Shown here piece after piece: positions 18,803 through 26,923 of a stretch of DNA of 46,657 nt. Made by a program: the position numbers and the translations under genes. Under the pieces are notes generated by a model. It had not been told where the DNA came from. It ran no database searches and saw only the letters and a list, made by a program, of their open reading frames with translations. Positions within the stretch are counted from its first letter, which is position 1; each line of letters begins with the position of its first letter. This stretch comes from Thermodesulfobacteriota bacterium (GTDB lineage: Bacteria; Desulfobacterota; GWC2-55-46; JADFVP01), in assembly GCA_046753945.1 (NCBI GenBank), contig JBHHUW010000002.1:1-46657 (forward strand), in the 5' to 3' direction.

Positions 18803-19381
18803 ATGGCCGACGAGAAAGAAGAGAGCACAGAGGGCGGTAAGGAGACAAAAAAAAAGAAGGGCAAGCTGATTCTCATTATCATACCGCTGGTTGTTATCCT
18901 GCTTGGAGGCGGCGGATTTTTTGCCTATAAGACCTTTCTCGCTCCTTCCGGCGGTGATGATGAGCATGCCGCAAGCGAGGATGACGGGCATGGGAAGCAT
19001 GGCGCCAAGAAACACGCCAAGAAAAAATCAAAGCACAAAGGCGGCCATGGCGGCGGGGATGAGGAATCTTCCGGTGAGGGCCCTGAATTTTTTAACCTCG
19101 CGCCCTTTGTCGTAAACCTTCAGGATAATATCGGAACACGCTACTTGAAGCTTACCGTTAAGCTCGAGCTTGCCGAGCCAGGCACCGATGGGGAGCTTAA
19201 GGGGCAGCTGCCGAGGATAAGGGACGCCCTGATCATACTGCTTAGCAGTAAGAACTACTCGGAGATAGGCACCGTGGAGGGTAAGTACAGGCTTCGCGAC
19301 GAGATAGTAAAGAGAATAAACAGGATCCTCAAAGAGGCCTCTGTGCGGGGCGCGTATTTTACTGATTTTGTAATTCAGTAA
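18803..19381 (+). CDS. fliL: Flagellar basal body-associated protein FliL (with a His/Lys/Gly-rich insert)
   Basis: Single TM (LILIIIPLVVILLGGGGFFAY). FliL core is FFNLAPFVVNLQD...YLKLTVKLEL...IRDALIILLSSK...LRDEIVKRINRIL. Confidence 0.88.
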   Translation: MADEKEESTEGGKETKKKKGKLILIIIPLVVILLGGGGFFAYKTFLAPSGGDDEHAASEDDGHGKHGAKKHAKKKSKHKGGHGGGDEESSGEGPEFFNLAPFVVNLQDNIGTRYLKLTVKLELAEPGTDGELKGQLPRIRDALIILLSSKNYSEIGTVEGKYRLRDEIVKRINRILKEASVRGAYFTDFVIQ

Positions 19382-19391
19382 GAGGAGAGCC

Positions 19392-20387
19392 ATGCAGGAC
19401 CAGATACTCGACCAGAACGAGGTAGACGCCCTCTTGCAGGGGCTCTCCGACGGCCAGGTAGAATCCAATCAGGGCGCTGCAGAGCCCCCTGACGGCGTGG
19501 TGGCCTATGACTTTACGAGTCAGGAAAAGACCGTGCGGGGTAGAATGCCCGCTCTTGAGATGGTTAATGAAAAATTCTGTAACAAGGTGCGCGGCCCGCT
19601 CACGAGTATTATCAGAAGCGGTGTGGATATAGAGGGCCAGGGTATTGATAGCGTGAAGTATGAGGAGTTTGTCAGAAACCTGACGCTTCCCTCAAGCATC
19701 AATATCTTTACCATGAGCCCCTTTAGAGGCCACGGCATCCTTGTCATGGACCCCAGCCTTGCGTACCTCATCATTGATAATTATTTTGGAGGTTCAGGCA
19801 GGTTTTACACGCGCATTGAGGGCAGGGAGTTTACCCCGGTGGAGCAGTCTGTAATAAAGAAGGTCGTGGACGTGCTGCTTGAGACCCTCTCCGAGGCATG
19901 GAAGAGCATCTGCGATGTTGATTTTGTATGTGAGAGAAGCGAGATGAACCCGCACTTTGTCAACGTCATTGAGGCCGTAGAGGTGATGATGGTCTCCACC
20001 TTTCAGATGGAGATAGAGTCAAGTACAAATACCGATAAGAACCTCTTTTATTTCTGCATACCCTATCTCAGCGTGGAGTCCGTAAAGGAGAAGCTTTACG
20101 GCATGGCGGGTCAATCCAAGATAGGCGCTGACGAGGGCTGGATAGCAAGGCTAAGGCAGCACATCGAGCACGTGCCCCTTCGCGTTGAGAGCGTAGTGGG
20201 AGGCACAAGGATAAAACTCTCCGAGCTTCTAAAGCTCAAAGAAGGCGATGTAATACTCCTTGATAAGAAGATATACGAACCCTTTGATTTTTCCATAGAG
20301 GGCGATGCCAAGTTCAGGGGCAGGCCCGGGGTCTCGTGCAGTAATTACGCCCTGGAGATTCAATCCGTAATAGATAAAGGGGGATGA
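19392..20387 (+). CDS. fliM: Flagellar motor switch protein FliM
   Basis: The N-terminal LDQNEVDALL is a CheY-P binding-type motif. Contains a middle FliM domain and a C-terminal SpoA-like domain (GDVILLDKKIYEPFDFSIEG). Confidence 0.92.
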   Translation: MQDQILDQNEVDALLQGLSDGQVESNQGAAEPPDGVVAYDFTSQEKTVRGRMPALEMVNEKFCNKVRGPLTSIIRSGVDIEGQGIDSVKYEEFVRNLTLPSSINIFTMSPFRGHGILVMDPSLAYLIIDNYFGGSGRFYTRIEGREFTPVEQSVIKKVVDVLLETLSEAWKSICDVDFVCERSEMNPHFVNVIEAVEVMMVSTFQMEIESSTNTDKNLFYFCIPYLSVESVKEKLYGMAGQSKIGADEGWIARLRQHIEHVPLRVESVVGGTRIKLSELLKLKEGDVILLDKKIYEPFDFSIEGDAKFRGRPGVSCSNYALEIQSVIDKGG

Positions 20388-20388
20388 G

Positions 20389-21051
20389 ATGTCAGATGCC
20401 AATGATAAGAGCGCTGCGGAAGATGAGAGACCCGAAAATGAAGAAAACACGGGTTCCGGCGCTGAAGAGACTCCCGTAGAGGGAGAAGGGGCCGTTGAAG
20501 ATGCCGGCGGGGGTGGAGAAGAGCCCGCTGGCGGCGATGAGGCAGGGGAGGCCCCTGAAGAGAGCGGGGCAGGTGGTGAGCCCCCGGGAGAAGCGCCCTC
20601 AGCCGAGACCGAAGATGGCAACGAGGCCGTAACCGATGACATCTGGGCCGAGGCCCTGAAGGAGGCCGGTGAGACAGAAGCCGGCGCCGAGCCGGAAGTA
20701 GCGGCCGAGCCCCCGGAGGAGGCCAGCGCCCTTGCCGACGCCGCAGAACCTGCTGACTTTAGAGAGCTTACGGGAAGCGGCACAGGCGCCCTTGCCAACA
20801 TGGACATGATTCTCGATATACCTGTGACCATCTCCGTGGAGCTTGGCCGCTCTGAGATGATGATAAAGGATATCCTTCAGCTCGGACAGGGCTCAGTGGT
20901 TGAGCTTGAAAAAATGGCCGGAGAGGCCATGGAGATACTGGTAAACGGAAGGCTCGTGGCAAGAGGCGAGGTGGTTATGGTTAATGAAAAATTCGGCGTA
21001 AGGCTTACGGATATCATAAGCCCCTCGGAGCGGGTGAAGAGGCTGGCATAA
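20389..21051 (+). CDS. fliN: Flagellar motor switch protein FliN with a roughly 135-aa acidic low-complexity N-terminal extension
   Basis: C-terminal SpoA domain is ILDIPVTISVELGRSEMMIKDILQLGQGSVVELEKMAGEAMEILVNGRLVARGEVVMVNEKFGVRLTDI. Confidence 0.9.
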   Translation: MSDANDKSAAEDERPENEENTGSGAEETPVEGEGAVEDAGGGGEEPAGGDEAGEAPEESGAGGEPPGEAPSAETEDGNEAVTDDIWAEALKEAGETEAGAEPEVAAEPPEEASALADAAEPADFRELTGSGTGALANMDMILDIPVTISVELGRSEMMIKDILQLGQGSVVELEKMAGEAMEILVNGRLVARGEVVMVNEKFGVRLTDIISPSERVKRLA

Positions 21052-21240
21052 AGGGGCCGGAGAGCGGGGCGAGGGGTGCGAAGGGTATGAAGGGGGCGAA
21101 GGGTGCGAGGTGGCGATGGTGACGGGTGGCAGAGTGGGTGATGGGGGAGAAGGGGCGAGGGGAGCGAGGGGGCGATGGTGACGAGGTCTCAGGTTTAGCG
21201 GGTAGTTGGGGGCTGAGACGGTGAGGCATGTATGAGAGAG
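21052..21240 (+). repeat. G-rich intergenic spacer with 9-nt periodic repeats and a roughly 59-nt duplication
   Basis: Nine-nt units from 21066: GGGGCGAGG/GGTGCGAAG/GGTATGAAG/GGGGCGAAG/GGTGCGAGG. GGGGCGAGGGG occurs at 21066 and 21152. GGCGATGGTGACG occurs at 21112 and 21171. G4-type pattern G4-N3-G4-N6-G3-N6-G5 lies at 21066-21096. Confidence 0.85.
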
Positions 21241-21315
21241 AGGTCTCATGGATATGGTTAACGAAAAAATAGGCCGGGCCATGAATAATCCTGCCACGCA
21301 GGTAAAGAGGCACAT

Positions 21316-21702
21316 ATGACAGGGGATTATCTATACATGCTCTTAAGGTCTGTCCTGGCCCTTGGACTTGTAGTGGCCCTTATTATCGGGGCCATGTATG
21401 CGCTTAGAAGGATTTCGCACAAGCGTGGCGCCTCTGCGGGAGCTCTGCCCATAAGCGTCATATCAAGGGCCTTTATGGGACAGAAAAGCAGCATAGCCAT
21501 TGTGGATGTAGCCGGAGAGGTACTGGTGCTGGGTGTATCGCAAAATGCCGTAAATCTTCTGCTGAGGCTCGAAGACCCCGAGGTCATAAGAGACCTCAGG
21601 GCCGCGCCGCATCGAGGCGGACTGGGCATTGGAAAACTCCTCGAGAGAGGTCTGCCGCGCCTTAAGGCCGCAGGTAAGAATAAGCAGGGTGGAGAGGTAT
21701 GA
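21316..21702 (+). CDS. fliO: Flagellar biosynthesis protein FliO
   Basis: Single TM (LALGLVVALIIGAMYAL), then ISVISRAFMGQKSSIAIVDVAGEVLVLGVSQNAVNLLLRL. Position immediately before fliP, overlapping it by 4 nt. Confidence 0.8.
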   Translation: MTGDYLYMLLRSVLALGLVVALIIGAMYALRRISHKRGASAGALPISVISRAFMGQKSSIAIVDVAGEVLVLGVSQNAVNLLLRLEDPEVIRDLRAAPHRGGLGIGKLLERGLPRLKAAGKNKQGGEV

Positions 21703-22487
21703 GGGGATTTTTTACAGGCCATAAGAGGTTTTGGGTCATCTTCAGCATGAGTATTCTGGTGGCCTTTACCGTTCTGCTCGCCCTTCCTGCGCTCAGCGCG
21801 GCCGCGCCTCTTGAGATGCCCTCTATCGGACTTACCATTAACGGCGAGTCAGGCGCCGGCGGCCTCAGCGCCGCCGTAAGGATAATCGTACTCCTTACGG
21901 CCCTTACAATGGCACCTGCCGTGCTTATCACCATGACCTCATTTACGAGGCTCGTAATAGTCTTATCGCTCCTTCGCCAGGCCCTTGGCGTTCAGCAGGT
22001 GCCGCCAAACCAGGTCATAATAGGCATGGCCCTCTTTCTGACCTTTTTCGTCATGCGCCCTACCTTCATGGAGATAAACACCACGGCTATCGTCCCCTAT
22101 AACGAGGGTGAGATTTCCCAGTCCAGCGCACTCTCAAGGACATTGCCGCCTCTACGCGCCTTTATGCTGAAAAATATAAGAGGAAAGGACCTCTCGCTTT
22201 TCTCAAAACTTGCCAGCGTGGACCCTGAGACCAAAAAAGAGGACCTGCCCCTCTTCGCCGTTATACCGGCCTTTATAACAAGCGAGCTCAAGACGGCCTT
22301 TCAGATAGGTTTTCTCATATACCTGCCCTTTCTTGTCATAGACATGGTGGTGGCAAGCATACTTATGAGCATGGGCATGATGATGCTGCCTCCGGTGATG
22401 ATCTCTCTGCCCTTTAAGCTCATACTCTTTGTCCTTGTTGACGGGTGGTACCTCCTTGTGGGGTCCCTTGTTCAGAGTTTCTCATGA
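21699..22487 (+). CDS. fliP: Flagellar export apparatus protein FliP
   Basis: Contains TMTSFTRLVIVLSLLRQALG and AFITSELKTAFQIGFLIYLPFLVIDMVVASILMSMGMMMLPP. Confidence 0.95.
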   Translation: MRGFFTGHKRFWVIFSMSILVAFTVLLALPALSAAAPLEMPSIGLTINGESGAGGLSAAVRIIVLLTALTMAPAVLITMTSFTRLVIVLSLLRQALGVQQVPPNQVIIGMALFLTFFVMRPTFMEINTTAIVPYNEGEISQSSALSRTLPPLRAFMLKNIRGKDLSLFSKLASVDPETKKEDLPLFAVIPAFITSELKTAFQIGFLIYLPFLVIDMVVASILMSMGMMMLPPVMISLPFKLILFVLVDGWYLLVGSLVQSFS

Positions 22488-22515
22488 GTTACGTCGAATA
22501 TCTCAGGAGGCCGCG

Positions 22516-22788
22516 ATGATAACAAGCGAGTTTGTATCCACTCTTGGCATGGAGGCCGTCAAGACGGTAATCCTCCTCTCGGCTCCTGTCTTTGTGGCAG
22601 GCATGGCCGTGGGGCTTGCCGTAAGTATCTTTCAGGCGCTTACGCAGATTCAGGAGATGACCCTTACCTTTGTCCCGAAAATAGTGGCCGTATTTATCGC
22701 GCTCCTCTTTTTCATGCCCTGGATGATGAGGATAATGCTGGACTTTACAAACAATATTTTTTCAAATATTCCCACTTATATAAGGTAG
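22516..22788 (+). CDS. fliQ: Flagellar export apparatus protein FliQ
   Basis: 90 aa with two TM segments. Contains VGLAVSIFQALTQIQEMTLTFVPKIVAVF. ATG at 22516 is preceded by AGGAGG; the longer ORF-track start overlaps the fliP 3' end. Confidence 0.92.
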   Translation: MITSEFVSTLGMEAVKTVILLSAPVFVAGMAVGLAVSIFQALTQIQEMTLTFVPKIVAVFIALLFFMPWMMRIMLDFTNNIFSNIPTYIR

Positions 22789-22792
22789 GTTC

Positions 22793-23563
22793 ATGGATTT
22801 TGTTGAGATGCTCCTTAAAAACGCCCCGGCCTTTATATTTGTCCTTGGACGGACGGCCTCAATACTCCTGCTATTTCCCTTTTACAGGTTTGTCTTTATC
22901 CCTGTAAGCGTAAAAATGGCCCTTGTGGGGATACTCTCTATTATCATGGTGCCCCTTGTGGGGAGCGTGCCCATGCCCGCGGGAGTGCTTGAGCTCGCCC
23001 TTGGGCTCGTAAGAGAGCTGCTTATTGGTTTTACCATAGGCCTTGCCACAAACTTTATCTTCACCGGTGTTGAGTTCGCAGGCCATATCATGGGGTATCA
23101 GATGGGCCTTGCCATGGCCAATGTCTTTGATCCTGCCAGCGCCTCGCAGATATCCATCCTTGGCAGGCTCACGGGGCTTATCGCCATGCTCGTCTTTCTA
23201 ATGGCAAACGGCCACCTCCTTATAATAATGACCATTAAAAAAAGTTTTGAGATTATCCCGCCCTACGGCTTTCACCTCTCCGAGCCCCTTGGTGACGGTG
23301 TCCTTACTCTCTCAAAAGAGATATTCATCATCGGCATAAAGCTCGCCGCCCCGGTGATGGCAGTAGTGTTTTTCCTGAACCTTACCCTTGGCATACTCTC
23401 AAAGGCAGTGCCCCAGCTTAATATGTTCGTCGTGGGCTTTGCCATTATTATAGCCGCGGGTTTTGTAGTGATGTTCCTTACGCTGCCTCTTATGCAGGGG
23501 GCCATGGAGAAGGCATTTGATGGTATGTGGCAGAGTGTCTTTGGGCTTGTAAGGGTGATGTGA
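22793..23563 (+). CDS. fliR: Flagellar export apparatus protein FliR
   Basis: Polytopic membrane protein with FIFVLGRTASILLLFP...GFTIGLATNFIFTGVEFAGHIMGYQMGLAMANVFDP. Confidence 0.93.
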   Translation: MDFVEMLLKNAPAFIFVLGRTASILLLFPFYRFVFIPVSVKMALVGILSIIMVPLVGSVPMPAGVLELALGLVRELLIGFTIGLATNFIFTGVEFAGHIMGYQMGLAMANVFDPASASQISILGRLTGLIAMLVFLMANGHLLIIMTIKKSFEIIPPYGFHLSEPLGDGVLTLSKEIFIIGIKLAAPVMAVVFFLNLTLGILSKAVPQLNMFVVGFAIIIAAGFVVMFLTLPLMQGAMEKAFDGMWQSVFGLVRVM

Positions 23564-23564
23564 G

Positions 23565-24632
23565 ATGCCTGATGACGGACAGGAAAGAACTGAACAACCT
23601 ACCTCGCGAAAACGCGAGGAGGCCAGAAAGGACGGCAACGTCCTTACGAGTAAAGAGGTAGCCACATTCTCGGTAATACTGGGGGGTTTTATAATGCTGA
23701 GCCTTTTCGGGCTCTTTATTATCAGAGGCCTCTCCGAGTTCATGATGGAGGCCATGAGGTCGCCTGAGATAGCAAGAAATGAGTTAAATGTCGAGGGGTT
23801 AATGCATATCTTTAAGGAAAGCGTTTATGTTTATTCAAGGGCCTTTTTGCCGGTATTGATACTGCCTGTATGTATCATTGTGGCAAATATCATTCTGCAC
23901 GGCCTTGTCTTTACCACCAAACCCCTCACCCTGGATATTTCAAAAATCAGCCCCATGAAGGGTCTTAAGAAGATTTTCTCACTGGACTCCGTCTCCGACC
24001 TTGTCCAATCCATCCTGAAGATCGGCGTCCTTACATGGGTGGCGGTCTCGGCCCTGCGGGGGAGCTGGGTTGATATAGCATCATACTCTGACGCCGGCAT
24101 AGGGGCCATTGCATCGCACTCGGCCTCTGTAGCCCTGAAAGTCTTTTCGCGCACCCTCTGGGTCTTTGCCATTGTGGCTGTTCTTGATTATGTCTATCAG
24201 AAGTGGAAGCACGAGAAAGGCCTGAGGATGACAAAGGAAGAGGTTAAGGAGGAGACAAAGTCCACAGAGGGCGACCCACTTGTGAAGTCACGTATAAGGA
24301 GCGTTCAGCGTGAGATGGCAAGGCGCCGCATGATGGCAGACGTGCCCACTGCAGATGTTGTTTTAACCAACCCCACGCATCTTGCCGTAGCGCTGAAATA
24401 TGATACGGCCAGGGCCGGCGCTCCCTATGTAGTGGCAAAGGGCGCTGGGCTCGTGGCAGAGAGGATAAAGGAGATAGCAGCAGAGCACGGCGTCCCCATT
24501 GTAGAGGATAAGCCCCTTGCCCGCAGTATATTCAGCGCCGTGGAGATTGGCCAGGAGATACCTGTTGACCTGTACAGGGCAGTTGCCGGAGTCCTGGCAT
24601 ACGTCTACAGGCTGAAAAACAGAGGGGCCTGA
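23565..24632 (+). CDS. flhB: Flagellar export switch protein FlhB
   Basis: N-terminal QERTEQPTSRKREEARKDGNV. NPTH autocleavage motif is present (VVLTNPTHLAVAL). Confidence 0.95.
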   Translation: MPDDGQERTEQPTSRKREEARKDGNVLTSKEVATFSVILGGFIMLSLFGLFIIRGLSEFMMEAMRSPEIARNELNVEGLMHIFKESVYVYSRAFLPVLILPVCIIVANIILHGLVFTTKPLTLDISKISPMKGLKKIFSLDSVSDLVQSILKIGVLTWVAVSALRGSWVDIASYSDAGIGAIASHSASVALKVFSRTLWVFAIVAVLDYVYQKWKHEKGLRMTKEEVKEETKSTEGDPLVKSRIRSVQREMARRRMMADVPTADVVLTNPTHLAVALKYDTARAGAPYVVAKGAGLVAERIKEIAAEHGVPIVEDKPLARSIFSAVEIGQEIPVDLYRAVAGVLAYVYRLKNRGA

Positions 24633-24800
24633 GCGGGCCGCGGTGGTGACTGAGGTCCATGGGGAAATTTGGTTATAGGGGCGAGTGAGATGCAATGAGG
24701 CCGGGGGATAAATGATGGGGGTGAATAGGGCAGGGGGGATGAGGCATGGTCTTGAAAAAAGGTTTTATGAGGGTAGTACGACGGTAGTGATGGTGCTTGG
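24633..24800 (+). repeat. G/A/T-rich, C-poor intergenic spacer with G-tract series
   Basis: About 8 C in 24661-24780 (120 nt). G5-N9-G5-N6-G3-N2-G6 lies at 24703-24738. Confidence 0.8.
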
Positions 24801-24840
24801 CAGGCGCTCTTGATTATGAGCAATTAAAAGGGGGTTTTAG

Positions 24841-26922
24841 ATGGCCTTATCCATGGAAAATCTGGCGAGATTCAGAAAGGGGACAGAGTACCTCCTGCCC
24901 CTTGGCGTTCTCGGTATCCTTGCCATGATGATACTGCCCATGCCGCCTCTCCTCCTTGATATCCTGCTCTCCTTTAATATTACGGCGGCCATTGTAATAC
25001 TCCTTGTGGGCATCTACGTAAGGCGGCCCCTTGATTTTTCCACCTTCCCCGTCATCCTCCTTATGACGACGCTCTCAAGGCTCTCCATGAACATAGCCTC
25101 CACGAGGCTCATACTCCTTGAGGGCAGCAACGGCCCCGGGGCCGCCGGCAATGTTATAAGGAGTTTCGGCCAGTTCGTAGTAGGCGGCAACTATGCCGTT
25201 GGTTTCATAGTCTTTATAATCCTCGTTATTATTAACTTTGTTGTCATTACAAAGGGCGCCGGGCGTATAGCCGAGGTATCGGCCAGGTTTACCCTTGACG
25301 CCATGCCCGGAAAACAGATGGCCATAGACGCCGACCTTAACGCAGGCTTAATTGACAACGACGAGGCGAGGCGGCGGCGCACGGACATAGCCCTTGAGGC
25401 GGATTTTTACGGCTCCATGGACGGTGCCAGCAAGTTTGTGCGCGGCGACGCCGTGGCCGGTATCCTGATAACGGTTATAAATATCTTTGGGGGCCTCTTT
25501 ATCGGTGTATTTCAGCACGGAATGGAGGCCGGAGAGGCCGCCAGGACCTACACCATACTTACCGTAGGCGACGGCCTCGTGGCTCAGATACCGGCCCTTA
25601 TCATATCAACGGCCGCAGGTGTTATCGTATCGCACGTCTCATCGAGCCATGACCTTGGCAAGACCATAGGCAGGCAGTTTACCTCTGATGCCAGGCCCGC
25701 AATGGTAGCCTCGGCCATACTCTTTCTCTTTGCCCTTGTGCCGGGCCTGCCGCACCTGGCCTTTTTTATCCTCTCTCTGCTCGCCGGAGGCCTTGCCTTT
25801 ATAATACACCGCTTTGGCGGCCTTGTAGAGGCCGAGGAGGACGATCTTGTAGAGGCCGAGGAGGTGGAGGAGGCATCATCTTCAGAGCCCCTTGAGTTTG
25901 TACCCCGTCTCGATACGCTCTCTCTTGAGGTGGGTTACCGCCTTATACCCCTTGTGGACTCATCAGGCGGCGGCGATCTTCTCGAACGCATAAGGGCCAT
26001 ACGAAGCCACATTGCCGAGGACCTGGGCCTTATTGTGCCCCCGGTGCATATAAAGGATAACCTTGATGTGAGGCCCTCGGAGTACGTCTTTCTCATAAAG
26101 GGCATTGAGGTGGCAAGGGCGGAGCTAATGCCCGGAAACTCACTTGCCATAGACCCGGGTAATGCCAGACCCGGCCTTGAGGGGGCCCCGGCCAAGGACC
26201 CCACCTTTGGTCTGCCCGCTGTCTGGGTCCCTGATGAGAGCACAGAAAAGGCTCAGGTCATGGGCTACACCGTAGTGCCCCACGCGGCCATTATCGCCAC
26301 TCACCTTACGGAACTGATTAAGGAGCATACAGGCGAGATACTGGGCCGTCAGGATGTGCAGGTCCTCCTTGACAGGTTTGCCGAGACAAGCCCCAAGGTG
26401 GTGGAAGAACTGGTGCCCGGGCTGCTAACTCTTGGAGGCGTGCACAAGGTGCTGCAGAACCTTCTTGGTGAACAGGTCTCTATTAGAGACCTGCAGACAA
26501 TACTTGAGACCCTGGCCGATTACGCCGCCGCAATAAAGGATACAGACCTCTTGACTGAGTACGTGAGAATGAGGCTTGCAAGGCAGATCTCAAGGACCTT
26601 TCAGGACGATGACGGCACACTGCGAGCCGTGGTCCTGGGTCACGAGGTGGAGGATGTCATGGAAAAATCTCTCCGTGAGACTCCCCAGGGCCTCTACCTT
26701 ACCATTGAGCCGGGAGTTGCCCGCTCCATCATGGAGAAGATAGAGGAGGGTGTCAGGGAAGTTACTGCCATGGGATACCGCCCTGTCATACTAACATCAA
26801 AAGATATAAGGAGATTTTTACGCAGGCTTACGGAGAGGTCTCTTGCGTCCATACCCGTATTGTCGCACAACGAGCTGGCAAGGGACTCACGGGTTCAGAC
26901 TTTAAAGGTAGTGAGGCTTTAA
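24841..26922 (+). CDS. flhA: Flagellar export gate protein FlhA
   Basis: FHIPEP-family motifs: RFTLDAMPGKQMAIDADLNAG and GASKFVRGDAVAGI. Large cytoplasmic C-terminal domain. Confidence 0.96.
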   Translation: MALSMENLARFRKGTEYLLPLGVLGILAMMILPMPPLLLDILLSFNITAAIVILLVGIYVRRPLDFSTFPVILLMTTLSRLSMNIASTRLILLEGSNGPGAAGNVIRSFGQFVVGGNYAVGFIVFIILVIINFVVITKGAGRIAEVSARFTLDAMPGKQMAIDADLNAGLIDNDEARRRRTDIALEADFYGSMDGASKFVRGDAVAGILITVINIFGGLFIGVFQHGMEAGEAARTYTILTVGDGLVAQIPALIISTAAGVIVSHVSSSHDLGKTIGRQFTSDARPAMVASAILFLFALVPGLPHLAFFILSLLAGGLAFIIHRFGGLVEAEEDDLVEAEEVEEASSSEPLEFVPRLDTLSLEVGYRLIPLVDSSGGGDLLERIRAIRSHIAEDLGLIVPPVHIKDNLDVRPSEYVFLIKGIEVARAELMPGNSLAIDPGNARPGLEGAPAKDPTFGLPAVWVPDESTEKAQVMGYTVVPHAAIIATHLTELIKEHTGEILGRQDVQVLLDRFAETSPKVVEELVPGLLTLGGVHKVLQNLLGEQVSIRDLQTILETLADYAAAIKDTDLLTEYVRMRLARQISRTFQDDDGTLRAVVLGHEVEDVMEKSLRETPQGLYLTIEPGVARSIMEKIEEGVREVTAMGYRPVILTSKDIRRFLRRLTERSLASIPVLSHNELARDSRVQTLKVVRL

Positions 26923-26923
26923 T

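Noticed and set aside
21052-21120. The 9-nt repeat could be a Gly-X-Y coding extension of FliN, reached by stop-codon readthrough or frameshift.
   Set aside because: The Gly-X-Y frame (codons starting at 21066) differs from the fliN frame and closes at TGA after about 18 codons. The fliN frame itself hits TGA after 12 codons past the stop. There is no slippery site at the fliN stop.
20893-21315. Pro-rich - strand ORFs lie inside the G-rich spacers: 20893..21315, 21014..21313, 11149..11490, 24605..24823 and 37846..38124. The + strand ORF 38022..38381 is related.
   Set aside because: C-rich antisense sequence lacks stop codons by composition alone. The products are low-complexity P/S/L strings with no RBS, and they overlap bona fide genes or promoters.
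24798-24813. TGGCAGGCGCTCTTGA could be an internal sigma-54 promoter for flhA.
   Set aside because: The spacing from GG to the TTG is one nt too long, and the invariant -12 GC is replaced by GA. Sigma-54 promoters tolerate spacing changes poorly. I keep it only as a caveat in the spacer finding.
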